This document shows positions 63,771 through 64,000 of a DNA stretch of 64,000 nt, piece after piece. Position 1 is the first letter of the stretch. Each line of letters starts with the position of its first letter. Position numbers and translations under genes: made by a program. Below the pieces are notes generated by a model. It was not told the DNA's origin and searched no databases. It was given only the letters and a program-made list of their open reading frames with translations. The stretch spans positions 95,790,001-95,854,000 of the forward strand of contig OX597823.1 in NCBI GenBank assembly GCA_951406725.2, read 5' to 3'. Source of the DNA: Octopus vulgaris (taxonomy: Eukaryota).

Positions 63771-64000
63771 GAGAGGAGGGGCAAGCCTTTTCAATGATTT
63801 TAGAAAGATAGATTATGCAACACAAATCATTGTTGATAAGGCCATGTTCACTAGCAAACATCTTAAGGTTGGTGTCATGGAGGGTGTAAGTAAATCTGTT
63901 TTGTTTTTTTTTCTTACTCCCAAAATCATTGTCCTAATGAAACACCACTCCTTTTTAATTCACTAAAGCGGGTCTTTTTTTCTTCAAAGCTTGGTTCAAA

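Overview
Eukaryotic, AT-rich, microsatellite- and transposon-dense genomic DNA. The SINE and RTE-tail families look like those of octopus (coleoid cephalopod); this is recognition from memory, not a database hit. One host gene is present: the 3' eight coding exons (1-28712, + strand, 410 aa in window) of mitochondrial methionyl-tRNA synthetase (MARS2), with phase-consistent GT-AG junctions and the KMSKS motif split by an 11.4-kb intron. The rest is mostly repeats: a decayed Ty3/gypsy element with both LTRs, Tc1/mariner relics, CR1, RTE and R4/Dong LINE fragments, a non-autonomous Helitron, many tRNA-derived SINEs and long microsatellites. The most interesting signal is a set of short non-coding elements from at least five unrelated families, all carrying minimal type I hammerhead-ribozyme motifs with palindromic stem III. 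Several have Penelope-like inverted architecture. They include a three-copy family joining a tRNA-like Pol III head to a hammerhead, and a very young ~1-kb palindrome inside a MARS2 intron. Most listed ORFs are repeat or microsatellite artefacts.
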